DNA of 64,000 bases. It comes from Botryllus schlosseri. Taxonomy: Eukaryota. Where the stretch lies: assembly GCA_051294905.1 (NCBI GenBank), contig CM119371.1:28398001-28462000 (forward strand), in the 5' to 3' direction. This document shows positions 36,791 to 50,480 of this stretch, one piece after another; position 1 is the first letter of the stretch, and each line of letters begins with the position of its first letter. The position numbers were made by a program, and so were the translations under genes. The notes under the pieces are model-generated. The model did no database searches. It was not told where the DNA came from and saw only the letters and a list, made by a program, of their open reading frames with translations.

Positions 36791-38386
36791 CAGGCCTGTT
36801 TATTTTTGGATATTGGGTTTTATTTTTGGAGATTCTCCAAAAATAAGATTTGAAAACATCCAAAAATAAGCTTTTTTGGATGATGTTTTTTCAAGTTTTT
36901 TAGTGAAATGCATGGGTCATAGCAGTGTAAATACTGTTGAAACAACCAGGAAACTCACATACACACTTAAAAACAGCATGTGTGTGCGGGAGGGGATCTC
37001 CGAAACGCTAAGAGTACTTCCACTCACTGGAAGGATCAGAGGCGACACGACAAGGGTTGAAAAGGCGGCATGGTATGAAATCGTGCGAGAGTGGTGCGGG
37101 CGGGACCTTGTAACGCAGGCCGAATACCGCCACCTCTACAACAATAACTTATTCGTCCACACGATGATGGGACTGAATCGCTACCTCCAACGGCAACAGG
37201 ACTTGATCCAGGAAAAGAAAAGTATGTGCCCCAAGTTTGTAGACACATGTTGGTTGTCAATTAAGAATATGACCACTTGGTTGACTAGACACCGTACCAA
37301 ACTCCTCGGGGTTATAAACGATAAAAGTCCAGCCTGTGCACTTTCGCTGCAGTAGTGGATCCAACTAATCGTCCTCGAGCGCATGGCCACAGAGCTGAGC
37401 ACTACCGTCACAAAGATTCATGGACTTGGCCATCTGATCGTGGAGCATCAGGATGAGCTCCATCGCCTGGTCGAACGCCTTCGAGCTCGGTGCCCAGCTA
37501 AGGACTGGGACAATGACACCCGCGGCCAGGAAGGTCCTCTGGTCAGAGGGTGCTGGGCTATCAAGTTCACTGAGTCACGCAATTTCGTGGAGGATCAGAG
37601 TGTGCACTGCGCAGTCCTCGACCTTCTCGAGAATATCGACGAAGAAGAGAAGCAGTCCACGTTCGAGGCAGCCAGGAGCCTTATAGCTGGGCTCATCGAC
37701 GGCATAAAGAAAATTGAAGTTGCCGACAATGAAAGGGTTCTGCCCTGTCTACCACACCAAGTGGTGCAACCTCGTATGCAGGACAGAACAAGCACTTCTT
37801 GCTCTTTTAGATTCTAATAATATAAACAAGAGAGATACATATATATAAGCTACTTTATTTGCAGCTCAGTGAATTGATCGACAAACACCGGGGTGGGCTG
37901 TTGAACAAGTGGATACCTGAGTAGATACAGAATATCGAAGACCAATTCCAATCCGTGTCTGTCCGATACAAAATGGACGTCTCTTTCGAGCGCATTATTG
38001 ACGAGCGACAGTTCTTTGGACCCACATGGCTCGATGTTTCCCAAAACTGCGACGGTCGAAGCCGATTTCTAGAAAATCAACTGGGAGAAATGTCTCTACC
38101 GGGCGTCACCCACTGATTTTTATTTGGAGGGCATTCCCCAGGCCAAAGACTTTGTGATGAAAGTATTAGAAAGTTAGATCAAGATCACTGATGATGTCGA
38201 TTGTTGAAGAACATGAATAGGCCTACATGATAATAACATACTTTCGGTGAAGTTTTCCATGTAGTATTAGGGCTGAAAACACCTTCATTTCTTATTTTTG
38301 GAGATTCTCCAAAAATAAAATTTGAAAACATCCAAAACTAAGCTATTTTTGTTATTTTTGGAGAAATCCAAAAATAAACAGGCCTG
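36791..38386 (+). mobile_element. hAT DNA transposon (internally deleted), 1596 bp
   Basis: 21-bp TIRs CAGGCCTGTTTATTTTTGGAT; 8-bp TSD TTTATGAG (36783-36790, 38387-38394); subterminal TTATTTTTGGA/TCCAAAAATAA repeats. Confidence 0.9.
37140..38178 (+). pseudogene. Decayed hAT transposase, C-terminal half
   Basis: Reads ...RYLQRQQDLIQEKKSMCPKFVDTCWLS...LPCLPHQVV...LSELIDKHR...GSMFPKTATVEADF*KINWEK...DFYLEGI. The last block matches the hAT C-terminal dimerisation motif. In-frame stops are present. Confidence 0.7.
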
Positions 38387-40540
38387 TTTATGAGTGATTA
38401 AGACGAGACATATAGTAATCGCGAGCACTGATCGACTTGCTTTACAAATTAGGTATTTGGAAACATATCACGTAACAATTGAAACATAGACCGTATATTG
38501 CGTAATGTCACAATGGCAACAAAGAGGGTTTGAACTAAACTATATGGAAAGAGTGATTTCTTGTGACTTTAATTGCTACTCATACTTTGCTACATTGACT
38601 TTATTTTGAATCTAGATTACGCATGCAAGGTACGTAATCAGCGTAATCGTGGCGTATTAACGAACAGGCTTCAAAGTAAACGAATTTCCTGTCCAGTCGA
38701 TACAGCCTACGGTTTTAGTCCACGCATCAAAATTCAAAAAGCAGGATTTTTATTTCAATTCCTAGCATGCTTTCGCTGGCCGCACAGAATAGCTTCGCGG
38801 GCCGCACTTTAGACCCTGGTCTGCATTAGGCTGGCCAACAAATATGGTTTAATCTTGTCAGGCAGATTGCTTGGCAGATTATAATCATCTCTACCCGCGC
38901 ATTTCCGAACATGCTGTCTGGATTATTTCGATTTTGTGTGATGTCGACATACATGTGCAAAGCTATATTCCCTGGCCTCGTTGCCATTGGCAGTTACGTG
39001 ACCGAAGTCATTTGCCTTCGTGCTGGTAAAATTAAGCTAACACACGAATAACAATTGCTTCTTCTTTTGAGGCTTGCCGGTTGCAGGGCAGATTACAAAT
39101 ATCTTGTACAAACTGTTGGATTTTGAACATTCGCTACTAGAACTAAAGCTATGATCACTTTTAAAACAGCGTAGCTAAACTAACTAAAACACAACTAGCT
39201 AGATTCAATTCTAAAGTAGCCATATTATTTTTATTTTATCGGAATCGCATCAGCCTTCCATGTGAGCATCATTACAAGTTACAAATGTATGGGGTTTGGG
39301 CCTCCAAAACTGACTCTCTCTCTCTGTACTCGATTTTGCCCAGCCCTACTCACAACACGATACCGCACTTGCGACTCGATAACGCTAGCCAGCTGATTAA
39401 GCGACGGACTACTATGGCGAGGTTATTACTCACGCAAGGAATGGAATATCTGTCGAAGTGCAACTGTGCAAGCAATCCATGCGACGCGCTGCCATATCCG
39501 TTTCCTTATTGCTGCAGCTATTGATTTATTGCGTAAGAAACTGCAGCTTAACGCTATACGACAAACCCTACACGAGTTTTACTTGTATGCCGAGCCGCCA
39601 GAACTGCACTGTCGAGCGCTTATATGTAATATGTATACTTATACAAAACATTTCTTGTTCCAAAGTAATACCGTCGGTGCGGGTTCGCTGCCGCTGTTCA
39701 TTGTTATTCGCATCGTTATTCGTTCCGGCAAATTTCATGATGATTGACTAATATCAGTCCCTACCTATGAGGCAAGCATATCATTCGTCCATATACTCTG
39801 GAACAATTTTATAATATTGTGCCTATGCAGAACAACATATTGGCATGCATGGTGATTCGATTTTGACCACCTTGGAAACTAGGAACGGTATTGTATACAT
39901 AGGATAGGCCTACTGTCTAACAAACTGGTTGCCAACCAGGGTAGATATGGCGACTTACTGAAATCGTGTACAAGGTCCGTGGCAAACAAGGTATGTCCTA
40001 GTGAGCTATCAATAGCCTTGCTTCGCAATCTGCACCGCGATCTGACGACAGCTACTACGCGGTACTATGGTAGTGATCGGGAACTCAGATACGGCTTTGA
40101 CCAGCCGTCGACCCCTAAAAGCTAGTGGTCAGCAGTAACAAATAACTTCTACGTTTTTGTATTACTCAATCCGGTTTCATTTACTTGTTTCATTTTCTCA
40201 AGTAGTTTTCTTTCCATTTACTTCAACAAGGTATACATATTTGATGCAGTCAAGTGAAACGGGTTTTTTTGATTTACTTCAACGAGGCGTTGCTTCGAAG
40301 TTGAGAGGATTCATAAACAAGATAAATTGGTGAAATGCAGTGGTTATTAACCTTTAGTAAACCGCGGAACACTTACGCTAGTCTGCAAGCCTTCGCATAA
40401 CCCAAAATTTTCGCGGGTTTTGAAATCTTCAATCTGTAACAATATGCATCTATAACTACACATCTGATACGTTACTAGTTATTACAGATGTACAAAATGA
40501 AATGCGCAGCAACAGGGTGCTAAACGAACGAAACCATTAA

Positions 40541-41969
40541 CCCTATCTCCGCGGTCGGCCTCGAGTCCAAATTTTACCGCTCTCACGAAAAAGATCATAA
40601 AATCCGAACAGTGGGACTTGAACCATTACCCAATATATCGTTGTAAGCAGGAAACAGCTGCCTAACCAACTGAGCTACTCGGATTGATCAGCTGGGAGAG
40701 CTGAAAGCGCTATCAGAAGAAGTGTTTCAGGTTTTGAAAAATTAGAAGAGAATTTTGTTAGTGAATTTGCCACTACGTCATACATAGACGCTCTCGGGGT
40801 GAAATCATCGCCTGACTGATTTCACAGCAATATCACCTTTCTAAAATGTCCTGAGTGAGCTTCATACCGTAACACAGTCGAGTGTGAAGGCCGTTTATGT
40901 AACACGTGCTCAACGTCGCGCATCTTGCAAACGAGGCTCACACACGCGGCGCGCGTTGTTTTGATAGTCTGGCCGTCACAATATCATTGTATATAATCGG
41001 TAATTGCCTATCAATCAGTTGTACGATTTATTGCTATGCGTTGAAATAAACCTTGCTCTTTGAACAACAACAGATGAATCCATGGTGGTTGAATTGACAG
41101 GTAGTGATAACCTGCAACTCCTCCATGCTTCCTCAGGCACAGCTATGCCGTCAATATGGTTTATTGTGTATCGCATGCGCATCGCGGCATATATATTCAA
41201 GTAAAACGATATATTTACGTTTGGCACAATACAATATATTTCAATCATAAGTGGAATACTGACAAACTACACTGCTCAAGGATAACATATATAAAACGGA
41301 TGATTCAACTGTCTGTATGATGTTGGTATTACAGGCGCGAATACCGTACACTCGCGCCAACTTCCACACCCATGTCTGCAGTGGTTAGCACTGGCTTCGC
41401 GTAACTTATATACGATCAACCTTCGTGATACTGATCTTGTTGAAGTGTTATGGACTGCATCTAACTATGTGTGTGACATTCAACTGTGTAAGACAATCGT
41501 AAGTGAATGTATATGGCCTTATGTGCCAATGCTCATACGTGCGCGGCATTTTTCACGTAACAGAACATTTCTATATTTCTCACCAATTTGAAGCGTGTTC
41601 TATCCAACTATTATGGTTGAAATGAACTCTTGCGATCAACAGCTACTCTAAAACGACAACTGTGTCTGCTTACGACGTGTAGAACGGAAGATGTAAGGAA
41701 TTATAAGATTAGCGTTCATTCAGGCGAACTGAGCTACACATTGTATTTTGCGGGAAACGTTTTTCTGTATTCAATCTGCATTTTGAACAGGTTATGCCAT
41801 AAGGCAATGGTTTATATATAGCTGGTCGTATGCGTATCGACAATCGCTATTTCTAGACGATCATTGTAACCGTTTACGACCCCTACAACGCAAGATGTCG
41901 TTAATTGATTGAAGCGTGTTTGTGAAAAACTGTGCATGGATCCTATAGGATCCACCCGCGGCGAAAGGG
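40541..41969 (+). mobile_element. Decayed piggyBac-type element
   Basis: TTAA at 40537-40540 and 41970-41973; imperfect 14-bp TIRs CCCTATCTCCGCGG / CCCTTTCGCCGCGG. The paralogous block near 50390-50410 has a single TTAA. A DESMV-like catalytic remnant lies at 41073, and a tRNA-like SINE head at ~40605-40685(-). Confidence 0.8.
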
Positions 41970-42687
41970 TTAAAATGTAATTTTAACAGGAAACGAAGAA
42001 ATGATAATGAATATTTATTGAAAATCTGTGGTTCCCCGTCCGATACCAATTTAGAAACGCGAGGCTTCGCCTTGCAAACTAACAACGTATTGTTTGGCCA
42101 AAACACAACAGCGAGATAGCGACTGGCTCATTGCTACTGAGCTTTACATTTCCGAAGGTCAGGGTTTCGAATACAAACCTCAACCTCCCCTGCGCACGGG
42201 ACAGCACACAACGTAGGCTACTACCACAACAAGAACAGTCACAATTCGGCTACAAATCAGGCCAAACGGCATACAACTAATAATGGTCAAGATATGCGTA
42301 TCATCACAAATCATATGCATACGTAGAGCGTGTATCTTGTCCTCCGCGGAACCCCTGAGACTGGTGCATAGAACTCCTAGTATTCCGTGGATTACTGAGG
42401 TAAAGAACCACTGATGTAATGCAACGTGAATGTTCCCAATTTGATCCTTTTCATGACGAGCGCTGGTACACCCTAACTTTTGATTTGATAATTCTGACTG
42501 ATCTTGGTTCACCAATTTTGCTTGCCGTTCTATATTGTCTTTTCCGAGCGAGATAACATAACGGTCATAGTTCCGGCTTCTTGGCCGGGTTAGACCTAAG
42601 ACTCGAAAACAAGGATCAACGGCTATGCTGTCAGGCGCACTTCGTCAACACCACGGAATTTAACGTTAACGATATCAGTACGCAAAG

Positions 42688-42711
42688 ACTCTCTCTCTCT
42701 CTCTCTCTCTT

Positions 42712-42748
<37 letters not shown>

Positions 42749-42756
42749 CTCTCTCA
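42688..42756. repeat. (CT)n microsatellite
   Basis: Imperfect CT run; a shorter (AG)n lies at the paralogous position ~49154-49168. Confidence 0.95.
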
Positions 42757-42899
42757 CTCAGTTCTGGACAGCCAGTTTAGATACATCTCATTAGGATTCA
42801 AAGCTTGCACTTTTTCCCGCGAGTATTTACGTCTCGATACCTGCAAATCGCAAGTCTTATCTCCAGCGTCAAGATGGAGATCGAAATCATATCATAATG

Positions 42900-43341
42900 T
42901 AGGCTTACCATATTTTGGAAATCTAAAAAGAGGACACTTTCTCAGAAATTTGCAACTTGCGAAACCGGAGTAGAATTCTCAAAAACCGGTGAATTTGTCC
43001 CACTTTGTGATCGGTTGACTAAGAAAAAAGGTCATCTTTTCCGCTCAGAGCTCAAAATACCGTTTTTCACTCCACATTGCCAGGTGGATGACTAAAAAAA
43101 AAAGGTCATCTTTTCGTTCAGAGCTAAATTCACCGTTTTTCACTCCGAAATACCCGCCGGAGCTTCACTTCTATGCTAATTTGCGGCATATCACTCGCAA
43201 TTTGCTCTAAATCTGACCTAAATTTTCAAAAAAGAGGACAAAATCTCAGAAAAGAGGACAAAAGGGCGTCCTCCGAGGACACTTTCAAAAAAGTCAAAAA
43301 AGAGGACAAATCCTCTTAAAAGAGGACGTATGGTAAGCCTA
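42900..43341. mobile_element. hAT MITE (TAGG(C/G)TTACCA ends, GAGGACA motifs)
   Basis: TIR TAGGCTTACCAT; TSD TCATAATG; related copy at ~34272-34590. Confidence 0.8.
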
Positions 43342-43739
43342 TCATAATGCGACCCAAGCAACAAGAATGGCCCAGAGAGTGTCTTTACCATTCTGGCGAT
43401 ACGCATCTCAACGCATTGAACCAAGATGATCTATACTTGGACACTTGAGCATGCGTCACTTCAGCATGTAACTTTAAAACCCCAAAACTTACCTTAACCC
43501 GAAACATAGCCCTGCAATAACCCCTTTGGCCTTTATACATCCTAACCCAAAGCCAAATCCGCAATTCAACCCACATGCTCAATTCTTATGCTTATGTTTC
43601 GCATGCCCATTGCCCAATTGTCGCGTGCCGAAGTGTCGCTTTCTATAATATCGCATGTTGATATGTCCACGGACCCAACTAGAAATCTAGCCTCATTCAA
43701 TCAGGTATGGAAGCATTATATACTGCGAAACAATATATC

Positions 43740-45300
43740 ATCGGCCTTCACCCACGCAAGACCAATAAAATGGTGAATGGAGATAGTAACAGGTAACATT
43801 TCATACAAGTGGTTCTCAGACTGGGGTACACGAGACAATTTTTTAGGACCGCGAAACAAGTTCCAAAAAATTCACATGATCCAGAAAAAATTCTTTGTAT
43901 TATAAATTTTTTCAGGCAACTCATTTTTCAGATCAAATTCGAAGGTGGCCTAAGATTATACCAAAAGTCATCGTGTTTTGGTGCAGAGTTATTCCATATG
44001 AAATTTTAGTCGCGCATGGCTAGGTTTAGAACCACTTCATTTCTTGATTTTGTTGTGTGTATGTAGGCCTACCCACTCCCGAAAAAATAGTCATAACTTA
44101 CAGAAATAAGTCTAACTGTATTCGCAATAATGAGAGTATCGCTAGAGATCGTTTAGATACCTGCATACATGCGCCACTCTGGGTCCTTCTGATACTCTTA
44201 AAATCAGTGGTTTCCAACCTTTTCACCTCGCGACCCACTTTTCATGTAAATTTCGTTGCGCAACCCACCCAACCCCATTTTGCAATTAAGGTTTTAACCA
44301 CTGCTCGTGGGCGCTAGTTTTTATGTTTCAGTGCGTTATAGTTATTTGTTCGCACGTATCGCGAACATTTTCCGCACTTCATGGTAAAATTCGGTGAATT
44401 AGATTGGCAATTGCTTAGGCTAATATAAACATTTTGTCTGATGCCTCCTGCCTTTTAGCGGGCGATAAATATATTTATGAGTCATAAGCGTTTGCAAACG
44501 GTCTGAGCCGTATCTGGGTTTCTGATTACTACCGTGGTACTGCCTCGTGGTTATCGTCGAATTGCAGTGCGGAATACGAAGTGAGGCTATCGATAGCTTA
44601 ATAGGACATACCTTGTTTGCCATGGAACTTATCCACGAGTTTGGTGAGTCACAATTTTGCCCCTGGTTTGGACTAGTGTGGTAGATAGTACCCTTTGGAA
44701 ACAATATAGTTATAAGCTTCCATAGTTGGCATAATGGAATCCATGTGCATTTCAATTTGTTGTTTTGCATAACCACAATATCATACCATATCCTAGATTA
44801 TATCGTTGAATGACATGCTGACTGAATTGAGTCAACCATCATTAAATCATCCGTAAATATGCGAAAACAAAAGGAGTGATGGCTGCGGATCCGATTACTG
44901 ACGGTGTTACATTGACAGAGGAAATGGCTTTTGTTGTCATTGTTTTATCGACAGTTTATGACGGCGCGCGAATGGAAGGATGCAGCGTGGACGGCGCATT
45001 AAACAAGTAAAACTAGTGCATTGTTTATAGCATAGAATAGATATTGCGCAACGCAGTAGCTTCATCTTAGCAGATCGTGTAAGACGTGGTTTCAAAATAC
45101 GATCGAGCAGTACAGAGACAGATATGGCAGCACGTCACATGGTTACAGTTGCACTGTCTGATATGGTATGGTCATGATATTTATTCCATGAGGAACAACC
45201 ACGCCACAGTCGAAATCGCAACTAGGTATTGATTATTAGGTTGGTCGGCAATCTTTGGCAGGTCGCAATTGTAGTGGTGTGGTGAGTGTTTTGATTTCGA
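43740..45300 (+). repeat. Direct duplicate of parts of 2900-5930
   Basis: Shared text such as CAAATTCGAAGGTGGCCTAA, GAGTCATAAGCGTTTGCAAACGGTCT, ATGAGGAACAACCACGCCA in the same order. Confidence 0.85.
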
Positions 45301-45459
45301 TTTCTGGTTGGAACTATCAGTCCCTGCGAAATAGTTTAGCCTGACAAAACTCTTTTGGCTTCGAAACTGACAAATTTTTACATGAAAAAACTTTATTTTA
45401 ACGAGATCTGGACCGATGAAGAATTCCAGTGGTTACATCACGCATTATGTTAGAAATAA

Positions 45460-45750
45460 TTCAAATTCATTGAAGTTCAACGAAAGATACTTTCCTACAT
45501 TTTCGGGTAGGAATTGTCTGTCCTTACCAAGAAGCTTGCCAAGAGTGGAGAAAAAAACGTTCAACAGCAGCATTTGTTGGCTGGTGACACACTGTCTTGC
45601 TTCATTCTAACAATGCTGTCTACGTCACAGTTTTTCATCATGCGCTTCTCCATATAAAAACCAGGCAATGTCCAAGCAGTCTTGCTTCAGTTAGGATATT
45701 GCGGCACGTAGACCACAACACCCATGCCACGCCTAGCGACAATTGTCGTC
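45460..45750 (-). pseudogene. Second copy of the same hAT transposase C-terminal fragment
   Basis: Minus strand reads QPTNAAVERF(F)STLGKLLGKDRQFLPENVGKYLSLNFN; nucleotide similarity to 32900-33350. Confidence 0.6.
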
Positions 45751-47519
45751 TGATTATATTGGTGTTCAGGCTGTATTGCTACCTTGTCAATTAATGTTGG
45801 CAAAGCCTTGTTAGACTAACGAAAATGCAGAAATACACATTCGTCAACACCTATATTTGTGAAAATATGTTTTTAGTACTCGATCGTTCATATCAAATAG
45901 TAGTCGCGCGGACCTATTTCATGAAATACAGCTGCAGATTTTGCTACTGTCTGCCAAATTTCGACATAAATAGTGCGGTGTTATGTTGAATAAACGTCAT
46001 TTTGTTGCTGTTTATCACTAGCCTACAGTTGGCATTTGCGCAAGACAGATGATGCACGATAATTGAGCTAAATTTGAACTAAAACTTCGGGTGTCCGTGG
46101 GGTCCGTTACGGTCCACAAGGGCTCCGTGAAGTCAAAAAGGTTGATAGCAACTAGTCTAATTGGTCGCGTCGATTCGCCTGACTACTAATTACTAGCTAC
46201 AAATTACTACGGCGTTTGAGCATTTTGTTCGAGGTGGCCGCCACCCCAAATCCGATGAGTTGGCGCCTGTGCTCAGGGGTATGTAGAACTATTGTTCTAC
46301 TATGTCACGGGTCACCAACACGGCCCGCATAAGTTAGCGCATATGGCTATGAGACGTCGCAGCACGGTAGTAATGCATATCGACTGTCTGTAAATCGCAT
46401 CACTTTAACCAGTGGTTCTCCACTGCTAGTCGCCAGACCTGTACGAGTCTGCGTCAACTTTTTAGTCGGGTCCAATAACTTAAGATTAATTTGTTCACAA
46501 TCGCAAAATGTAAGAGGTGGAAGGTTTGTTCAATAATTACAGAACTAAAACACCGGCTTCTTTTTATACGTCGTCACAATGTTGCAATTGATGCACCAAT
46601 CTGTTTTAAATTAGCTATAAACAAGTCTATCAAGACCAGTAATATGAGGCTTTTTCATTGAAGCTGACCAGTTTCCAGCTACTTAATCATTGTGGTATAT
46701 ATTTTCATTATTTAGCAATGACTATATCAAAACTCTCAGACCCTTCGTAAGATGTTAACGCGAAAAAAGCATTACTCTGCATTCAGGCAGGCCTGGAACA
46801 CGATGTTTGGTTATGGCGAAGTGTCAAAATTTGCCCCCGTCAATACTGTTATTAAAAGAATGGCCGAAATTTAGACATTAGCTGTTGCTTCTTCCTCATG
46901 TATTTCGTAACTCACCATGCCATGAAATAATCTTAAAGCCTTATCTGCCAACCAACATACCAATGCGCTTTCAGAATCACCGCCGTAAGCAGACTCCTTG
47001 ATCGTTTAATCTAAGCCAGTCACGAGCTGTGGTTTCGTGATTACTATAGGGCAAGTTTTTGTTGCAGTTAAATCCGTGAAAGTTGCATTTATTTTTGACA
47101 AAAGTTGCAGTAAAAAGTTGCATTTATTTTTTCACAAAAGTTGCACTAAAAGACCACCTTTTGCTCGGTTGACTAAAAATAGGTCAACTTCCCGCCATAG
47201 AATGAGACATTACAAAGGAGCATTTTTGAGATTTTTGAAATTTTGAAAAATCATAATGGCCATCGTATCAGCATATGCATTATGCATCGACAACTTCCAG
47301 CAAATGCAGAATAGAGTGTTCCGGAACATTTTGCATTTTCCTTAAATGTAGCGCTGCAAGAAATGTGTATCGATTACCTCATAACAATGTGTCCGGTTAC
47401 AGATCATTACAATACTGAAATGTATTCGCCTATTCGAGTAAACGCAACCTATCGATATATCATATGTTGGTAGTTGATGTGTGTTGCTTGAGGAAGTGTA
47501 TTACATGTAACCTAAAAGA

Positions 47520-48281
47520 ATGTCTAGAAAGACTTGTTGGATCTGTGGGAAATCCGTCAATTGTCATGGCGAAATTAAAGCTCATCTGCAATCCCACATT
47601 GAAGAGAGAAAAAATGAATGTGATATCTGTGGGAAAGCCTTCACTGCGATGCCTACGATGAAAGCACATCGAACAACTCACACTGTTTTGAAAAACCATG
47701 AATGCGATATCTGTGGAAAAAAGTTTACTAGGATCAGCCATTTGAAAATACATATGAAGACACATACTGCAGTGAAAAACCATGAATGTGACATCTGTGG
47801 CAGAAGGTTTACTCAGATCGGTGACTTGAATACTCATTGGAATACACATACTGGATTGAAAAGCTATGCATGTGAGATCTGTGGCAAAGCGTTTTCCCGG
47901 ATCGACACCTTACGAACACACGCGAATACACATACTGCAGGTAAAAACTATGAATGTGACATGTGTGGGAAGACTTTCGCTAGGAAAGATGGTTTAGCAA
48001 CACACATGCATGTTCACATTGGAGTTAAAGACTATGCTTGCGAGGTTTGTGGAAAAGCGTTTCTCAAGATCGGTTACTTGAAAGCCCATAGAAATGTACA
48101 TACGGGTGTGACAAACTATGAATGTGAGGTGTGTGGAAAGACCTTCGCTTGGAATGGATATTTAGCGAAACACGTTGATATTCACACAGGAGTCAGAAAG
48201 TATGAATGTGAGATTTGCGGGAAATCATTTACATTCCTCAGGTCATTGAAAATACATGGGTATGTGCATGTTGAAGTCTGA
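47520..48281 (+). CDS. Poly-C2H2 zinc-finger protein (ZF3), 253 aa, 9 fingers, more distant subfamily
   Basis: Nine tandem C2H2 fingers with HTAVKNHEC/HTGVRKYEC linkers; N-terminus differs from ZF1/2/4. Confidence 0.85.
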   Translation: MSRKTCWICGKSVNCHGEIKAHLQSHIEERKNECDICGKAFTAMPTMKAHRTTHTVLKNHECDICGKKFTRISHLKIHMKTHTAVKNHECDICGRRFTQIGDLNTHWNTHTGLKSYACEICGKAFSRIDTLRTHANTHTAGKNYECDMCGKTFARKDGLATHMHVHIGVKDYACEVCGKAFLKIGYLKAHRNVHTGVTNYECEVCGKTFAWNGYLAKHVDIHTGVRKYECEICGKSFTFLRSLKIHGYVHVEV

Positions 48282-50480
48282 AATAGGTCATCAGATCTTT
48301 CAGACAAACTTGTTCTCAAGGAAATAAATAAAAAAAACTATGACTTTGTGATCGAAGGAAAAGCTCTGTTTCTGGAATTAGGTTATTTCTGGTACTTCCT
48401 TCACTGTCAGAACTTCGTTTCTGCGTTTGCTTCAGAGAACGATGCTATGCTTTGCTTTGCAATGATTTGCATTACCGCAATAAAACTTGTGCTCTGCAAG
48501 AGAAAGATATTTGATTTTGACCAAGGAACTGTGACAGGCGTAAAAAAAGTAATTTACAGAAAAGCTTGAAGAATAGCAATTAAGATATATTCGATCCGTG
48601 GAAAAGCTTCAATACTAATGGAGGAATGAAAACTCAACTGCGATTCAAGATTGAAAAAAAAAAGAAATGTAGAATTTCAGACCTGCGGGAAAGACTTTAT
48701 CGCAATGGTCGGGAACTCTTTTGGTAATGAAATTTGGCTATTTGATGAATTTCTAGTTTGGCACTTCATTCATATCCTATTTAATAATATTGCCGGAATT
48801 TTTTGATAAATTTTCCTCTCGGCCGGTATCATTATTTTTGTGGTCGCTGCAAAAAGTATGTATGATTTCAAAGCAGTGGCTTATCCAAGTGATCCCCCTG
48901 CTAGCCTGAAATCTGAGTAAATCATGTTTAGATGAGTATTGCCAGAATCGTATTTAATAAATTCTAAAGACGATGTCTGGCCATTCTGGTCCCTTAGTTC
49001 GTATTATGATCTGATTTCGATATCCTTGACGCTGGAGATAAGACTTGTGATTTGCAGGTATCGAGACGAAAATACTCGCGGAAAAAAAGTTACAGCTTTT
49101 TGAATCCTAATGGGTGTGGACTGAACTGGCTATCCATAAGTGTGCGGAAAACGCAGAGAGAGAGAGAGTGTGTGTTTGTGTACTGATATCGTTAAGGTTA
49201 AATTTCCGTGATGTTGACCAAGTGCACAATTGGTAGCATCGCGAATACGGTGTAGTAAATTATTGCTTCCCGCTCATTCTTGCTATCAATTAGTTTGGCT
49301 GATTCTGAGTGAAACACATTTTTTATCCGGAAACGTCTTTAACCCCTCAGTAGCAACAAATATGGGGTATCCATGATGAAGATATGTAGAGAGAGAGAGA
49401 GTTCTGGTGTATTTTTTCCTGCACCATCGAGATATTTTGACGAGGGAGATGCGATACGACATTTAAGTAAGGACATCTAGCTAGAGGAAAGAGAGAGAGA
49501 AACTTTGTTCGTCATATAAATCGACATCACACAACAAATATGCAACACAGTGAAATAAGACATGCATGCTAGACGAGAAGTTCTATTTGAGAAAGTCTTC
49601 AGAGCCGAGCCACCCCGGACAGTAGCTTATTCCAAACATTGACACCAATAAAACCGATTGAATTTTGCACTAGACTGGTAGAGTGGTGTTGCGCAGACAG
49701 AGACTATATAGTCTGCACCACCGTTTTTCGCCTGCATGCTATCCGAGCATGCTGAGCGCCTGACGGAATAGCCGTGGACCCTAGTTTTCGAGTCTTACGT
49801 CTGAAGACGAATCACCATTATGTTATCTCGTTTGGAAGAAACATTACAAAACGGAGAGCAAATTTGCTGAACAAAGATCAGTCACAGTTGTCAAATCGAA
49901 AATTAAGGTGTAACAGGGCTCGTCATGATAAGGATAACATTGGGAACATTCACGTTGCATTACACTTACATTTCATCAGTGGTTCTTTACAGCGGTAATC
50001 CACCGAATACTGGGAGTTTCATGAGCCAGTCTCAGGGGTTCCGCGGAGGACAAGATACAGGCTCAACGTGTGTATATGATTTCTGATGATACGCATATCT
50101 TGACCATCATTGGTTGCAAACCATTAGGTCCGATTCGTTGCCGAATTGGGACTGTTTTTGTTGTGGTAGTACGTTGTGTGCTGTGACGTGCGCAGGGAAG
50201 GTTGAGGTTTGTATTCCAAACCCTGACCTTCAGAAATGCCAAGCTCATTTTCAATTAGACAGTCGCTATCTCTCAAAAAATACGTTGTTGTTAGTTCGCA
50301 AGGCGACGCCTCGCGTTTCGGAATTGGTATCTGATGGGAAACCACAGATTTTGAAAAAAAATTCATCATCATTTCTTCGTTTCTTGTGAAAATTACATTT
50401 TAATGGTTTCGTTCTTTTAACACTCTGTTGCTGGACATTTCATTTTGTACGCCAGTCATTACTATCGTAATGCATTAGAT

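Larger units (their letters stand above)
39700..42898 (-). repeat. Segmental duplicate block, inverted relative to ~49000-52650
   Basis: Collinear reverse-complement matches: 42640-42890 vs 49005-49220, 41975-42560 vs 49830-50400, 40070-40540 vs 50400-50470 plus 51300-51760, 39700-40070 vs 52290-52650. Boundaries approximate. Confidence 0.85.
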
